A stretch of DNA of 64,000 nucleotides from Callorhinchus milii (lineage: Eukaryota). The notes below the pieces were generated by a model, which saw only the letters and a list, made by a program, of their open reading frames with translations, did not search any database and was not told where the DNA came from. The stretch spans positions 15,564,001-15,628,000 of the forward strand of contig NW_024704743.1 in assembly GCF_018977255.1 (NCBI RefSeq), given 5' to 3'. Position numbers and translations under genes: made by a program. Each line of letters opens with the position of its first letter. Position 1 is the stretch's first letter. Below, piece by piece: positions 38,941 through 51,863 of the stretch.

Positions 38941-39483
38941 AGTATTATGTGACTCTTGGTGATTGGTTGTAGAGCTTCATTGAGAGAAACTCGGGAGCAA
39001 GTCTCCGGCCCACCGAGCTGTCCAATCCAAGCTACCGACACACGGACTGTAGCAGGCATGGGAGCGAATGGCCCTTGAAGCAGTGTGTGTGGAAAGGGCA
39101 GGGTTGGGTTTTACTGTAACATGTGCATGCATGTATTTAGAGAGTGAGTGAGTGTTTTTTAAAAAATATTTACTCTGCTGTGATCACCTGGCCTTAATAT
39201 GGATATTAATCGATTTTTTCAGCATCCAATTGCTGAAAGCTTGTTTTTGTTTACTTTCTGAGTGAATATTGTGCTGGAACACCAGTGATGAATGGCTTTG
39301 CAGACTGCGGTTCAGTGTCTGTGCTGTTTGCTACTGTGGAGGTCAGAGTGGGAAGCAAGAGGCTGATTTGAGTAGCATTTGGGAAGTTTAGGAAAGAGGA
39401 TCCTTGACTTTTTTGCCCAGTTGGATGTGGCAATGGCAGAGCAGTGCTGTTGCTGCCGTCTCACCTCTTAGGGTAATTAAATA

Positions 39484-39655
39484 TCTTCCTCTTCGACCAC
39501 GCCTTCGGTCATCCTCCTATCCTCACCCTTCCTACCCTCCATCCCTCTTAATCCCAGCCTCAGCTCGGGTGCATATCCTTGACTGTCCAATGCCTTGAAA
39601 CTGTCCACGTCCTCCCAACGTGAAAAGGTGCTATACAATTGTAAGTTGTCATGTT
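39484..39655 (+). mobile_element. L2 3' end
   Basis: cctcttcgaccacgccttcggtc…cagctcgggt…acgtcctcccaacgtgaaaaggtgctatacaattgtaa. Confidence 0.85.
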
Positions 39656-40229
39656 GACAAATGAAACCCGTGTGTCACCTCAGAAAGAGATGGTTTTGTG
39701 TCAGTGATGCTTTAACCACAAAAGGTTTAAGGGCAACTCGCTTGCATCTGCCCTGTCAATTGGGGCCTCGCAAATAAAATGCTTTATTACTACTTAAAGG
39801 GGGAGCAAAATAGATGGCTGAATAGTCCTGCACATCCCTTCCTCTCAGCCGTATCTCTGAGGGATTAAAACTCTGCCCAGTGTGATACGATCCTTGAAAC
39901 CAAAGGGCGGAGGGCGTTACTGCACGGTCGAAGACACTTGTGTAAGCCTGGAGCAGTACTTTGTCATCCAGCAGTGCTTCCATTATACTCCTGGGTCAAG
40001 TGGGATTTTGCTTGCAGCCAAGTCGGGGGAACTATTCTCATCCATTTTGGGGTTGTCTTGCATTCCGGGCTTTAGTGGTGGCCTGCAATGGTCTCTTGCC
40101 CATTAATGCCACCTCAGGCTCTGCCGATTGATGGTGCAACATACTTTTGCAAGTTGCACTCAGCATTTCAAGCTGAGGATGTGACTCTATTGCACGCTCG
40201 TTGCCTGCTCTCCCTTGTTAGGAAGCAAG

Positions 40230-40760
40230 CCCCCCCTAGAAACAACACAAACTGTCATTATAGAGTCCCCAACGTCGTGTTTTTACAGCTGCCCCTTTCA
40301 AATTTGCATTGGGTTCTGAATTTAATTTGCAGGTTGTACCAATTTGGGGGATTAAGCGTTAACTCAAAAAGCCGCGTGTGAGAAGGCGAAGGGGTGGGCC
40401 ACGCAGTAAAGGGGTTTAGCAGAATTGCATCAAAGACTTTCTTAAAAACACAGGAGAGAAGGATTTACAAACTACAGTATTGCCTTTGAACAGCGAACAT
40501 GTCCCTTTATGGCGTTTCTTAAAGGAATATTTAGCGAGTGCTTCATAATATTTTTTTTTACCCGTTCATTGATGTTTTATTTCTTGAGAGGCTTCTTTGA
40601 TGAGTTTTGCCATATCCAGCTCCTGAAGGTTGAATGCATTGGCGCGTGAGAAGGGCCAGCATTTGACTGCCTTTGTTTTCTTTGCCGAACTGTTTATTTT
40701 TCTTTCTTCCCACGCTGTTCCCTGGCCTCACTTTGACAACTGCGTTTCTGCATGATTTAC
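40230..40760. promoter_or_regulatory. Candidate Wnt/TCF-responsive intronic enhancer
   Basis: Repeat-free and CpG-retaining. TCF/LEF motifs at 40429-40435, 40484-40490, 40595-40601 and 40671-40677. Confidence 0.45.
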
Positions 40761-41514
40761 ATTCCTCAGGGCTCCCAGTCTCCTAATTCTTCCAGCTGAT
40801 TTGCTTTTTGCTTGCATGATTACTTCTTCCCTCCAACTTTTGGTTGTCCCTCAGTTATGAGCTAGTTGCTTTGTGCCATCAGCTAAACTCTCAAGTCAGC
40901 TTGATTCTGTCTTTAGCACATGCCAATGCAGTCACTTTTGTCCTCAGAGATAATGTCTTTTTGAAGAGGGTGGACCGTTGGGTGGGAGGTGGGAGAAGTA
41001 TGTAGGAGAAGTGATGGAAGTAAATGTGCTTTGAATGAATCTGGTCCTTGTCCAGAGCACAGTGCCGCTGGTCCTGTGTTCTCTCTGTACCTGAGTGCTG
41101 TGAATGATGTTGTGAATAATATGAATAATGCAACTTGTAGATGATTTTGAAATCACTTTATCTGGATGGGTTCAAAAGAGTTTAAAAGGTAACTTTCGGT
41201 GATTCAAGAAGCGAGTCCTGCACCTCCAGCTGGCTTCTCAGAAGGCCCTGATTGCAGTGTGTGTGCTGAATTCAATTGCTATGGCGCAAATGGAAGAACG
41301 AATGGAGAAAAACTGCCTTAAAAACTTAAAATAGGAAGCTTTAATTTCCTCTCTTTAAGGAGAGCCATGGGTTAAATATAGGCTCTGTATCATTTCCGTT
41401 GGGTCCTAAAACCCACCATGGTACCAGAGTAGTAATGTTTCAAAAGGCCGGTCACTTAAACAAATTTCTTAGCCTCAAATTGAGTCTTGAATAATCTCTG
41501 ACTCCGGAATGCAC

Positions 41515-41925
41515 TTAGAATTTTTGCCTTTGATATTTCAAAGTGCTTCACGGGATTTTACTGTGAAGTTGAGTGACCATGTATTCTATAGGCAAATGCC
41601 ACAGTAAATTTTGCATATAGCAGTGGCCCACAATCAGTCATGAAGTGAGTAACCAATTTTATTTGGGGGATTGTTGGCCAGAACACTAGAAGAAATTCCT
41701 TTCTCATTTCGAATAGTGGTATGGGATCTTGAATAGGCAGGCGGGACCTCGATTTAATGTCTCATCTGAAAGATGATTTAATGTCTCATCTACAAAGCAG
41801 AGCTCCCCCCAGCATTGAATTGAAGTGGTAGCTGAGACTGTGAGTTCAACCTCCTGATGTGGGTGGGGTTTGAACCCACAACCTTTCAACTCAGTGGTAA
41901 GAGTGCTACCTGCTGAGCCAGACTA
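41515..41925 (-). mobile_element. Old long Deu-type SINE
   Basis: cgaatagtggtatgggatctt…gatttaatgtctcatctgaaaga…tttgaacccacaacctttcaactcagtggtaagagtgctacc. Confidence 0.8.
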
Positions 41926-43399
41926 ACCTTAATACACATACTTTTATTACAAAAAAAATCACTGGATTTAACTCTGTTACGTGATTTACAGATTAAACAT
42001 TGGAACCAAAAAGGTGTATGATGTGAAATACTGTAGCTGTTTTTATTTTATTTTCTCTCTCCTCTCTCTCTCTGTCCCATTCCTAAACCAGGAGGCTGGA
42101 CAGAAAACTTTCTTGCAACTCCTTTGTCTGCTTCACTTTTGATCTGAATCCTAGGAGGCACGTAAAAGAGAATGGATTCTCTCTCTCTCTTGTTTCTTTC
42201 TCCCCATCTGATGCCTTACCTGGAGAGGCTGCCTGAGATCAGAGGCAACCTATGTTGGACGTGTAGGTCTGAACCAGAGTGTTCCTGCCCATAGTGTAGC
42301 ACTATCTCCTTTATTCCTGAGTTGTATGAGATGAGGAACAGGAGGAGGCCATTCAGTTCATTGAACCTGTTCTGCGATTTTTTTATTAGATCATGGCAGA
42401 TCTCTTAATCTCATTCCCCCGCCTTTTCCCTATCTCCTTAATGCACAAATTTCCCAAGTCTCTATCTCGCTCTCATTAAAATGTTCGCTTGCAAAACACA
42501 TAGCCACTATACCTTGCAGTAAATCCTGTGAAACTCTTTAAAAAGTGCTATATCAAACGTAAGGGTTATTATTATTTATAAACATCGCTAGTGGTTCTCT
42601 CTGTGTGGCATTCTGGGCAGCGAGTCTGCAGTCTCACGACCCTTTGTGTGAGGAAATGTGATTTACCTTTCACTTTTAAACGCATTTTCTGCTAGAGAAA
42701 TGACATGGTGGTTTGGCTGCCTTCAGTGGTTGGTGATTTGTACTTTCGAATGCATGTCGGCAACAATTATGTCATTTTTTCTTATTCTGCATCCGTCCAA
42801 GCTGGCAAATTTGTCCCATAATGTCTTTCCGCTTGGACACAAGTTCCAAGTTGTGATTGTGAGATGTGAACATGTTGTTAGTAATGCCTGGTGCTTTTTG
42901 CATTTCTAAATGTCGTGGATGTAAGGAGGTAACCAGTGGCCAATGCATACATCCATCTCTGTGGTTAAACGTTCACCTGCTTAGACCAGCCATTGACCAG
43001 TTTTATCAACTTGTAGTGCCCCAAGACAAGAGCTCCAGTTTGTCAACTCGGTACCATTAATATATACTATTAACAAGCAGTGTAACCTTTTCTCACTGAA
43101 ATGTCTTCTACCTTAAGTTAACAATATCTTTACGACTGTGCCCTTTTATTTGAAAGGTTAGTGTTTTGCCCTGTTTTAGAACTTGGGTAACGAAAATGCA
43201 GTTCTGTAACAAATTCAGAACCATTCACCCTTATTCCCTCTTTTTTTCCTCTTTCCTCATTCTGCTGCGGTTGAATGTTCAGTTTTCTGCAGTGCATGAT
43301 CTTACCCTTCAAGCCAGTGGTGGATGGTGGCAGACCAACATAAGAGAGGAGCTGTTCGCTGCTACTGCAGTGGCTCTTTAAGCTTCCTGTGAACGTTTA

Positions 43400-45000
43400 T
43401 AAGATGGAGTGAAAGTTGCTTGAACGAGCTGCTTTCTCACAGTGATGAGCTGGAGTAGTGCCTCTGCACTATTGTGATGTCGAAATCAGAGAATGCAGGA
43501 ATTTTTCAGCTTAATCAGAGCGGAATGAGTAATAAAGACTTGAGTCCATTTGCTTCAGCTTTCTTCGTGTCAGTTCTTTTTTTAACTGGTTAAATCTGAA
43601 ATATGGTTTGCTCAGTGATCTTTGCTCAAACGCCCTGAATTATTGGGCTAATACTTCTTTGTTTAATGGCAAAAACGAATAGCACCGCGATTGTAATTGG
43701 GGGTTTGAGTGACCCCTTTACAAAGTGCTGCTTTCAAGCTATTTTTCTTTTTTCCGGCACAGAATGCCAAAGGAATCTCTTTCTGTAATTCCCAAATAAA
43801 GGATTAGGAACCGTGCAGTGAGTTAGCCAAATTTATTTAGAAAAGAGAACTCTCTGGCAATGAATGAAATGACAAAGAAAGAAGAGAGTAGGTCACTTGC
43901 CACTTGCAATTGTATGCGTGCGGATCAGTGGGACAGCTACTCAGATGGCAAGACTTCATGATTAATGGCGTTTATTCTTGACAGAAGCCCCTTTATTTAT
44001 CTGCAGTGCAGTTTAGTGATCTTATCGGGCTCCTGAATGAAAAATATTCAGTCATACCAATATTGCAGTGTAAATTGAGTAGAGTCACTTTTTATTCTAT
44101 CTTTGAGCCTTATCGTCTGCACAGTAATTTGCTTGCAGAGGCTTGATATGGAGAGGCAGGATTTAGCTGTACTTGACATAAAGCTGCTTCAATTTCCACT
44201 AAAAGGTAGAGCTGCTCTCCGAAATATATGGGAGATGTCTCTCACCTCGGAATAAATGCTGATAAGTATTTCATTAAATATGTAAACAAGTAATAGCTGT
44301 GAAGTGTTAGACCTTCCTGAAACTCAACCACAAACCCACTTGGAGCTTGTTTGCATACATCGCTTGTAGTTTCATTTTCTTCCAATCAATCATCATCCAA
44401 TTCCAATCAGCATACAAGCAGACACTATCATTCATCCTGGGAGTAATTTTTGAGCTGGACACACCAAGCCTATAATGACCATACAGCACATTAGTCACTG
44501 CGATAACGGCCAGCGACACCCGCTGAAAAATTCTCCACATTCCCGTGACGTGCTCGGAAATGAGAACAAATGTTAAACAAATGTTTATTCGATTAGCTAG
44601 TTTAACAGCATTAAGTGTGAGGCGACTGGTGACATTTAAGTGACTGGATCTTTTGGAAGTGCAGTTGCTCGTGCACATCCTCACATTAATGTGGCATTGA
44701 CATGCTGGTCTCTAACATTGGGAGAGGCTTTTGCAATATGAAGAGTTTCAACAACTCAAAGATTAGGGCTTTGCAGCTGTGAAATGCAGCGAGACGTAAC
44801 CAGCCAGCGAGGAATTCAAAGGGTTCCAGAAAATAAAGCTTTGTTCTCTTCAGCTTTGTTTGTTTAGCAGATGTGTCAAATCCCAGTAAATATGAGCCTG
44901 CTTGACCCTTGTTAACCCTTTCAGAACTGTGCCGCTGTAGGTGCAATGCAACAAGATTTGAATGCCCATATTCATTTAAATGATGCCACGTCATGATCTG
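43400..45000. promoter_or_regulatory. Candidate conserved enhancer block with PBX-HOX plus MEIS grammar
   Basis: About 1.6 kb without recognisable repeats. TGATTAATGG at 43959-43968, TGACAG at 43979-43984, CAGATG at 43942-43947, GGATTA at 43801-43806. Confidence 0.5.
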
Positions 45001-45644
45001 TGCCTGACCTCATTGAGTTATAATGTGCAGTGATTCTTCCTGTTTTACACATTAACCTTTTTGTAACCCGAAATCTTTTCTTATTCTGCTGCAAGTCAGG
45101 CATCTATCTATCTCTCTATCTACATTGGCATCTACCTGTGGTCATTTGACCCTATTTGCTTTCTTGTTGCCGGAATAGTGGGACGTCCTCCCAACGTGAA
45201 AGGCGCTCTATAAATGGAATCTTGTTGTTGTAGTGATGTCTCAGGTGAAGAAATAATGCCTATCAACTTACCCCAGGGACTAGGTAGTGCAGTAGGATAG
45301 CATGTGGTCCTTTCCCCTTTAGGATATAGACTTGAATGCAAAGCAGACTGACCTGAAGAAGGCTTCCTCACTGCAGGAAATAGGGGTCAAATTGCCCTTG
45401 TAACCAACAGGACAGCACTACCAGCAAATTAAAACTGAACTAGCAGTGTCACTTAGAGAACCTGTATGAATAGGCTGTGTGGGAAATGGCAAATTTGGTT
45501 CCAATGGTGCTCTTCTAAGGCTGGAATACAGGCACATCATTGGGAAGTAATACAGGGAGCTTTATGCTGCATTTGGTCAGGTTTTCTATTCGTAATCTGT
45601 ACAAGGTGTAAAAAGGGTTCAGGCTTGATGGGCTTTCTTATTAT

Positions 45645-45801
45645 TTTTCGACCATGCCAGCGGCCAACCCCTTCCCCTCCCCTCCCTTCTCCCCCCCTGA
45701 TCCCAGCTCGGGTCTGAAATGCTGTACACTGTCTAGGGCCTTGAGACGTCCTCCCGACTTGAAAGGCGCTATAAAAATGTAATTTTGTTGTTGTTGTTGT
45801 T
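45645..45801 (+). mobile_element. L2 3' end
   Basis: cagctcgggtctgaaatgctgtacactgtctagggccttgagacgtcctcccgacttgaaaggcgctataaaaatgtaattttgttgttgtt. Confidence 0.9.
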
Positions 45802-46049
45802 GAATGGCCTCCCCTGCTTTTAAATGTCACCAAATTAGGCTTTAAACCTCCTTATAAGGAGATTCTGGTGTGTAGTTGCACATGCTGGTAAGAATCTGTA
45901 CTTTCTTAGCATTCAACAATTTTTATTTTCATAAAATTACACATCAAAAATATTAATTTAATTTAAAATTAAATCTGCAGTGCCACATTATGAATCTTCA
46001 CAGTGTAAGAGCAATTTGTCAGTTGTAAATTGTTAGTTGTAAAAAAAAN

Positions 46050-46215
46050 TTGGATTGGTCACTCAATCCATGACTGGTTGCTGTGCGCAATTGACTGCCG
46101 CGCTTCGCCCACAAAACACACAGTCACTACACTTTACAGTACATTCTGTGAAGCGCTTTGAGACGTCTTGAAGACATGATAAGATACCATATCAAATGCA
46201 AGGATTATTATTATT
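46050..46215 (+). mobile_element. SINE 3' half directly after an ambiguous base (n at 46049)
   Basis: ttggtcactcaatccatgact…gaagcgctttgagacgtcttgaagacatgataag…atcaaatgcaaggattattatt. Confidence 0.85.
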
Positions 46216-47462
46216 CAGTTTCCAAGGAATGGCCAATCACCTTGATGATCACAGAAATTCATTAAAAATTGTCAAAAATACAGGAAGAATTGTAGTTGAC
46301 TAGTTAATAAGAATTGAATGATCATTAAGCCTGACTAATAATTAGATTGAACAACAGAGATTGGTCAGGGAGGTACATTTATAGATGATGCCAGCCATTC
46401 ATACTTGTAAGACTAAAGTCGATAAGAGGATCTGTGTACATTTTGTACTTCTAGTTTATAGTCTTGTTACTTTTAGCTTTGAGCTGCAGTGCACCTTGAG
46501 TTGTGTCTGGCGGAATGGCTTATACTGATGGTGAAGCCAGTTATAAAATAAGTCGATTGGATTGTTAGTGATTCCACACTGCCACCTTACAGTACTGGTG
46601 GTTCCTGGGACTGGAAAAGCACTTGAACAGCGGAACTACTAGAAAGAGGGGCCGCAATGTAAACTGCATTTTCTCCACAGAAACATCTTTGTATGTTCGG
46701 CTGACTTGCAAAGCTCCCATCCACTGATTCCCAGCCACTCCCATCTTGTGCACTTCCACCTGTCCATTCCCATGCCGTGACTCCTACCCGCAACTCCCAC
46801 CAAGACCCAATATCTTGTGAATCGGAAAGACGTGAGGGTGTTTCCTGAGCAGAAATGTGGCTGCTGACAAAGCTCATAATGTGTCAGGTGCTTTGCGTGG
46901 CGATCACCTCATTCCAATCATTCCCCCCCTCCCCCCACACCATGCAAATGGGAGAGAGACAGTGAACTGTGCGAGCATCGTCCTGAAGGATGGGTAAAAC
47001 ATGGGTGTAACCTGAGCGAGATTTAGCATCACGTTCCAGTATTCACCATTCTGAAGAACTTAGAAAAGTATTTTGTGTGTGTTGCTAAGTCCTTTTTAAG
47101 GAAAGAAAAGGTTTTAAACTTAGTAACAAAGGATTAGTATTTTTGTTGGGTCAGAAATTAAGTGGGGTCTTTCTTGAGTTATACGATTGTGTGGGCGGAA
47201 GCTTTGAGAAGGCCACGCTACTTTGGGTATTTATGTATGCGAATTAGCTGACTTGCCATTTAAGAGGAATGGAAAGCAGTCGTTTCTAATTAGTGGTTTA
47301 AGTCATCTGCAGAGTAACTGCGGGAATGTCGATCAAACTGTTAGGTGCAATTAGTTGCACCATTTCAGTAACGAGGCCCCGAGTTTGTAAAATCTGTTCC
47401 TGCACTTGCACGGGTCGGCAGAGATCTCACCAGGAGCATGAAAAATGATGCACAGAATTACA

Positions 47463-47890
47463 TATAATAATTCTTGGATTTGATATAGTGCCTTATCAAA
47501 TCTTTGAGACGTCTCAAAGCGCTTCACATAATATACTGTAAGGTGGATTGACTGTGTATTTTGTGGGTGAAATGCAGCAGCCAATTGCACGCAGCAGTGT
47601 CACACAAACAGCCATGGAATGAGTGAACAATTTTATTTGGATGGGTTGTTGGGCAGGACACCAGGAGAAATTCCCTTCACTTTTCGAATAGTGCCATGGG
47701 ATCTTTAACGTCCAGCTGAACAGGCTGGTTTAACATCTCACCCGAAGGACGGTACCTCCGACAACGCAACACACCCCAGCACTGCATTGGAGTGTCAGCT
47801 TAGATTATTTGATTCCAAGAGCCAACTTGGAGGTTGAACACAAAACCTTCTGACTGAGAGGCGAGATTACCACCACTGCACCCGGCTGAG
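47463..47890 (-). mobile_element. Long Deu-type SINE, near full length
   Basis: Tail, Deu-like domain, cgaatagtgccatgggatctttaacgtcc, and head aaccttctgactgagaggcgaga. Confidence 0.85.
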
Positions 47891-48076
47891 TGTGTCACTG
47901 AGTGTAGCTACTGAACCAGGGAAGGGATGAACTTTATCACCTTTCTCAGGGTCTAATTTATAATATTCGTTATAAAGCATTTGCAAACAGTGATTGTGTG
48001 ATTTGTAATGAATTCATTAGAAGAATCACAAATTCATTCAAAAAAATCAAGAATTTGCAAGAGAAATTGAGAATTC

Positions 48077-48970
48077 AACAACAATAACTTGCATTTATAT
48101 AGCGTCCCGGAGTGCTTCACAGTGGTGGAGTATGACAATGAGCTAGTGGGAGATGGAGAGGGGCGGTGACCATAAGCAGGATCAAAAAGGGAGGCTTTAT
48201 GTGTAATTTGAAGGTGGAGGGAGGGGGCAATTCAGAAAACAAATTGATTATTTTTCAGGGCAACCATCCCCCTTACTGATCTGAATGTGCCGGCAATCTA
48301 CCCATATAGAAAGGATCACGGGCACCTTCACGGGAATCAAACGGACTTCTTAGGATGGCACTCTGGGACTATCAACAAGATTAAAGGGTACATTAGAAAA
48401 AACCTGTACACAGAGGGTGGTTGTAGTTTTTATCACAAGTTGAAGCAGAGTCTACAAATTCTTTTAAAAGGCAATTGGTTCAATGCTTGAGGTCAAAGAT
48501 TAATAGAGGGTAAGGAAAGATCCTCACCTTGTTTACAGATTGCTTTGTGCCCTGGCACCTCTCTATCCGTCTGACTTGCTTAGTCCTCACTCCACCACCC
48601 ATTGCCTTGGCTGGCTCTAGCCTCCTGCTTGTCCCTTTTGCTCTCCACTTCACCATCGGCTGTGCTTTCAGCCGCTACATCCTGAAACTATGGAACTCGC
48701 TCCCTCAACCCCTCCGGCTTGTTCCCTCCTTCCCCATTTTCAGATCAAACCTGAAAACCTTTCACTTCGACTGTGCTTATGGTTATCTCCCCCAGTTCGA
48801 TGTCGAACTATGACATTGTTAAGCACTCCGACAAGCTACCCCGCGTGAGGGGCGCTATATAAATGCAAGTTGTTGTTGTTGAGCAGGATTACATTGGTCC
48901 ACACAGGAAGGGGAGGGAGATAAAAGACTCAATGGGCCCAACAGATTATTTCTGTGCTGTCCTGTTCTGT
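48077..48970. mobile_element. L2 end (-, 48077-48230) and a decayed CR1 end (+) split by an L2 fragment (+, about 48550-48881)
   Basis: L2 remnant TIGCAFSRYILKLWNSLPQPLR…LKTFHF with tail ggcgctatataaatgcaagttgttg. CR1-like acacagagggtggt on the left and atgggcccaacag…ttctgtgctgt on the right. Confidence 0.7.
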
Positions 48971-49932
48971 GTTTTATTAATCAGCTTCGATGCTGAGGAG
49001 CAAATCTGATCTAATTTTAGACATCCACAAAGCTGGATTTCTGCCAAAGGAGCCTCATGGTGTCTGACAGACATCTCCACAGGAAGAAGAGTTCCTTCCC
49101 CAGACGGCTGGTCCTTTTTTCACACTTTGGCAGTTTCAGAATTGACGGTCCTTAATCTGACCTCTCTGGCTGCCTGAAGGCAGCTCGAATGAGTGCTTCC
49201 CCATCCCTGTTGCCAATATCAGCCTACACTGTCTCCCCTCCCTGCGTTAGCTTAGTCGAGTGGGCGAATGTCTTGCTCCCAAGGCTGTCAGTCAGTCAGT
49301 GCAGCTCCAAACCAGCTGCTGAGTGTGTGAGCCTGACTCCCTGACCCCTCACTCTCAGTGCAGGAGGACTTGAACTGGCTACTTCCTCACTTACTATAAT
49401 GTGACTGAAATCAGGAACCCAGGGCAGGAGCCATGTTGTTGCCATCGACCTATAACCAACCACATCCCAATATTATTTATTGGTGCTTCAAATGCCAGCT
49501 TCATCTGCCCCTCCTCCATCTTCCCACTTATGTTTTAATTAGATTTTGTTCTTAACAGTGAAGGGAATTTGGTTCAGTTCAGTCCTTTAACGTCTCTTTA
49601 TTGGGACGTGTTTCAGAATCTCTGAAATGAAATGAAAGACCTTCTTTGTAAATTTTCCAGAACAGAATTTCCAGGGCAGGGTTAAAGCATGCAAACATTT
49701 TTTTTCCTTTCTAATGAGGGTCTAGTCAGAAGTTGTAACTGGAATTAACTTTCCAGACTGGCTTGAGAATACTAACAGCTATTTCTCATATTCAGCTCGT
49801 TTGAAGTGTCGAGTTAATATAAACAAAGACTGTGTTTAAAATTTTCCCTAGTTCAGACGGCAACACCTAGAGGCCACAAAAAGAGGCCACAAAAATCAGC
49901 CATTAAAATTGGTGCCCACATCATGATTCATG

Positions 49933-50320
49933 AATAATAATAATAATCCTTGCATTTGATATAGTGCTTTATCACATCTTAGAGACGTCTCAAACAGAAA
50001 ATACTGTAAAGTGAATTCACTGTGTATTTTGTAGGTGAAACATGCCAACCAATTGAGTAAAGCGGTGTCCCACAAACAGTCGTGCATTGAGTGACCAGAT
50101 TATTATTATTACTTTTTTAAAGGGATTATTATCCCCAAAAAGCGAGCCACCAATCAACTAACAACTGGGTTCCTACTTACTGCTACGTGAAAGGTGCTAT
50201 ACAAATGGAATTTTGTTGTTGTTGTAAACTGAGGTGTGTGGAGTAAGGACACTTGCCTGAGGTTTCGCCCTGTCCAGGAATCGAACCTGGGTCCTCTTGC
50301 TTGAGAGGTGAGTGCTTGGA
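49933..50320 (-). mobile_element. Full tRNA-Ala SINE (long subfamily) carrying a ~40-bp antisense L2 tail insertion
   Basis: SINE interrupted at about 50185-50224 by acgtgaaaggtgctatacaaatggaattttgttgttgttg. Confidence 0.9.
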
Positions 50321-50789
50321 CGAATACGTGTAGAAAAAGGTAGCTCGGGAAGTTGGGCTGAGCTCCCCTCGCCTGTTCAATCCACCACTTACAAACACAT
50401 TACACTGGAGTGTCTCCCTCCACTGCTGAAGAGTCAGTCCATTTCTTTGCTGTTACAATGTTGCTGTTATGAATATAGTTATATAAAGAGTAGGGAGTTT
50501 CTCCCATTGTCCCGACCAATGATCTCCCAGATAAAATTGCTCATTCCCTTCATGGCGATTTGTGGGGCAATGTTCTGTTCAAATTGGCTGCCGCATTGGT
50601 CTCTACAAAATATACAGTCACTACACTTCACAGTAAATCCTGCGCAGTGCTTTGAGACATCATCCAGATGTGACAAGGTGCTATATATCAACTGTAAGCA
50701 GTACTATTAGCATCAATTCTGAGTTTTTTTTAAAAAAGCACAAGGTTGTCTCCAAGAGATACAAATCTGGGTTATTGTAAGATCTTTAG

Positions 50790-51600
50790 GTGTCAGCCAA
50801 AGTAAATGAAACAGTTTCACTGGCAAGCTGAATGGCTGTATTCGCCAGATCTCTTCCTCTCTTGACAGTAAAGGTTCTGGGGCATAGAGTGTTGGCACAC
50901 CTGGGTTAAATTTTTTCTCTTGACGGGTACTTTTACGCTGTCGGTCACTTCTCTCGGCTCTTTCAGCGGGTGGTACGGCAAGGTTTTCAAGTCGGCTGGC
51001 ATATTGGTGCATTTCCTTCCGTTCTGCGATGGTTGGCACAGGTTTAAACAGAAGCAAAGCTAAATGTCAACAGATTGTTACAGTGCGGCCAGCTGGAGAA
51101 CGCCAACCACATTGGTCAAATATGGTTGACAGCATGATTACAGCCTATGAAAGTGCCAAACACACCAGCGTGCCAAGCAGACCATTAAATCTGGTTGGTG
51201 TCTCAGGTGAAGTTGACTGATTTAGAAGGGAAAAGGAATGGCCTGTTACCAAATGGTTTAGTTTGGTGGACAGCCAAGTCTACTTTAATCTTCTCCAAAC
51301 TGTTTGAAGTAATACTGTTGATGAAATCTGTGGCAGATTTACATGGCTGTCACTGTTATGATATCCGTGAATTGACCCTGGTTTACATCGAGGGATTGTC
51401 TTGCATGCCAAAAATTCCTGCTGACAATGGCTCTTTCCAATGGACTTGAAATGTGTCAAACAATTCAAGTTCGCATTCACCTTCCTTTGCAAAGCACAGT
51501 ATGTTTTCGAGCAGTGCAGTGTTCGATATTGATCCTTTGCTTGTAAGTTTTAAAATGCCACATTTGTAATAGAGTTTAAAAGATGAGGTGCCCTCGTGGA
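50790..51600. promoter_or_regulatory. Candidate enhancer rich in TALE (TGACA) and NFI half-sites
   Basis: TGACAG at about 50862 and at 51127-51132, CTGTCA at 51347-51352, further TGACA/TGTCA, and repeated TGCCAA. CpG-retaining and repeat-free. Confidence 0.45.
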
Positions 51601-51863
51601 TCTTCAGATTTTTGAGTTTGATAACTGAAATCTGAAATGTTTTATTATATTGCAAGTAGTGGTGGAAGAGGAGGGCTGGATGGGGGGTTCCAGGCACCCT
51701 GAGAATGTACGTTTACAAACAACTTGGTGGAGGAATAGGAAACCGAAACTGCTCAATACAGAAAGGAAAGGGAGAGGAGATGGAGCACAGATTCACTTCA
51801 AGCTATTCTCTGCAAATTTTTCCATATTACTTTCAATAGCTTTGAGAAGGTTACTGCAGACTT

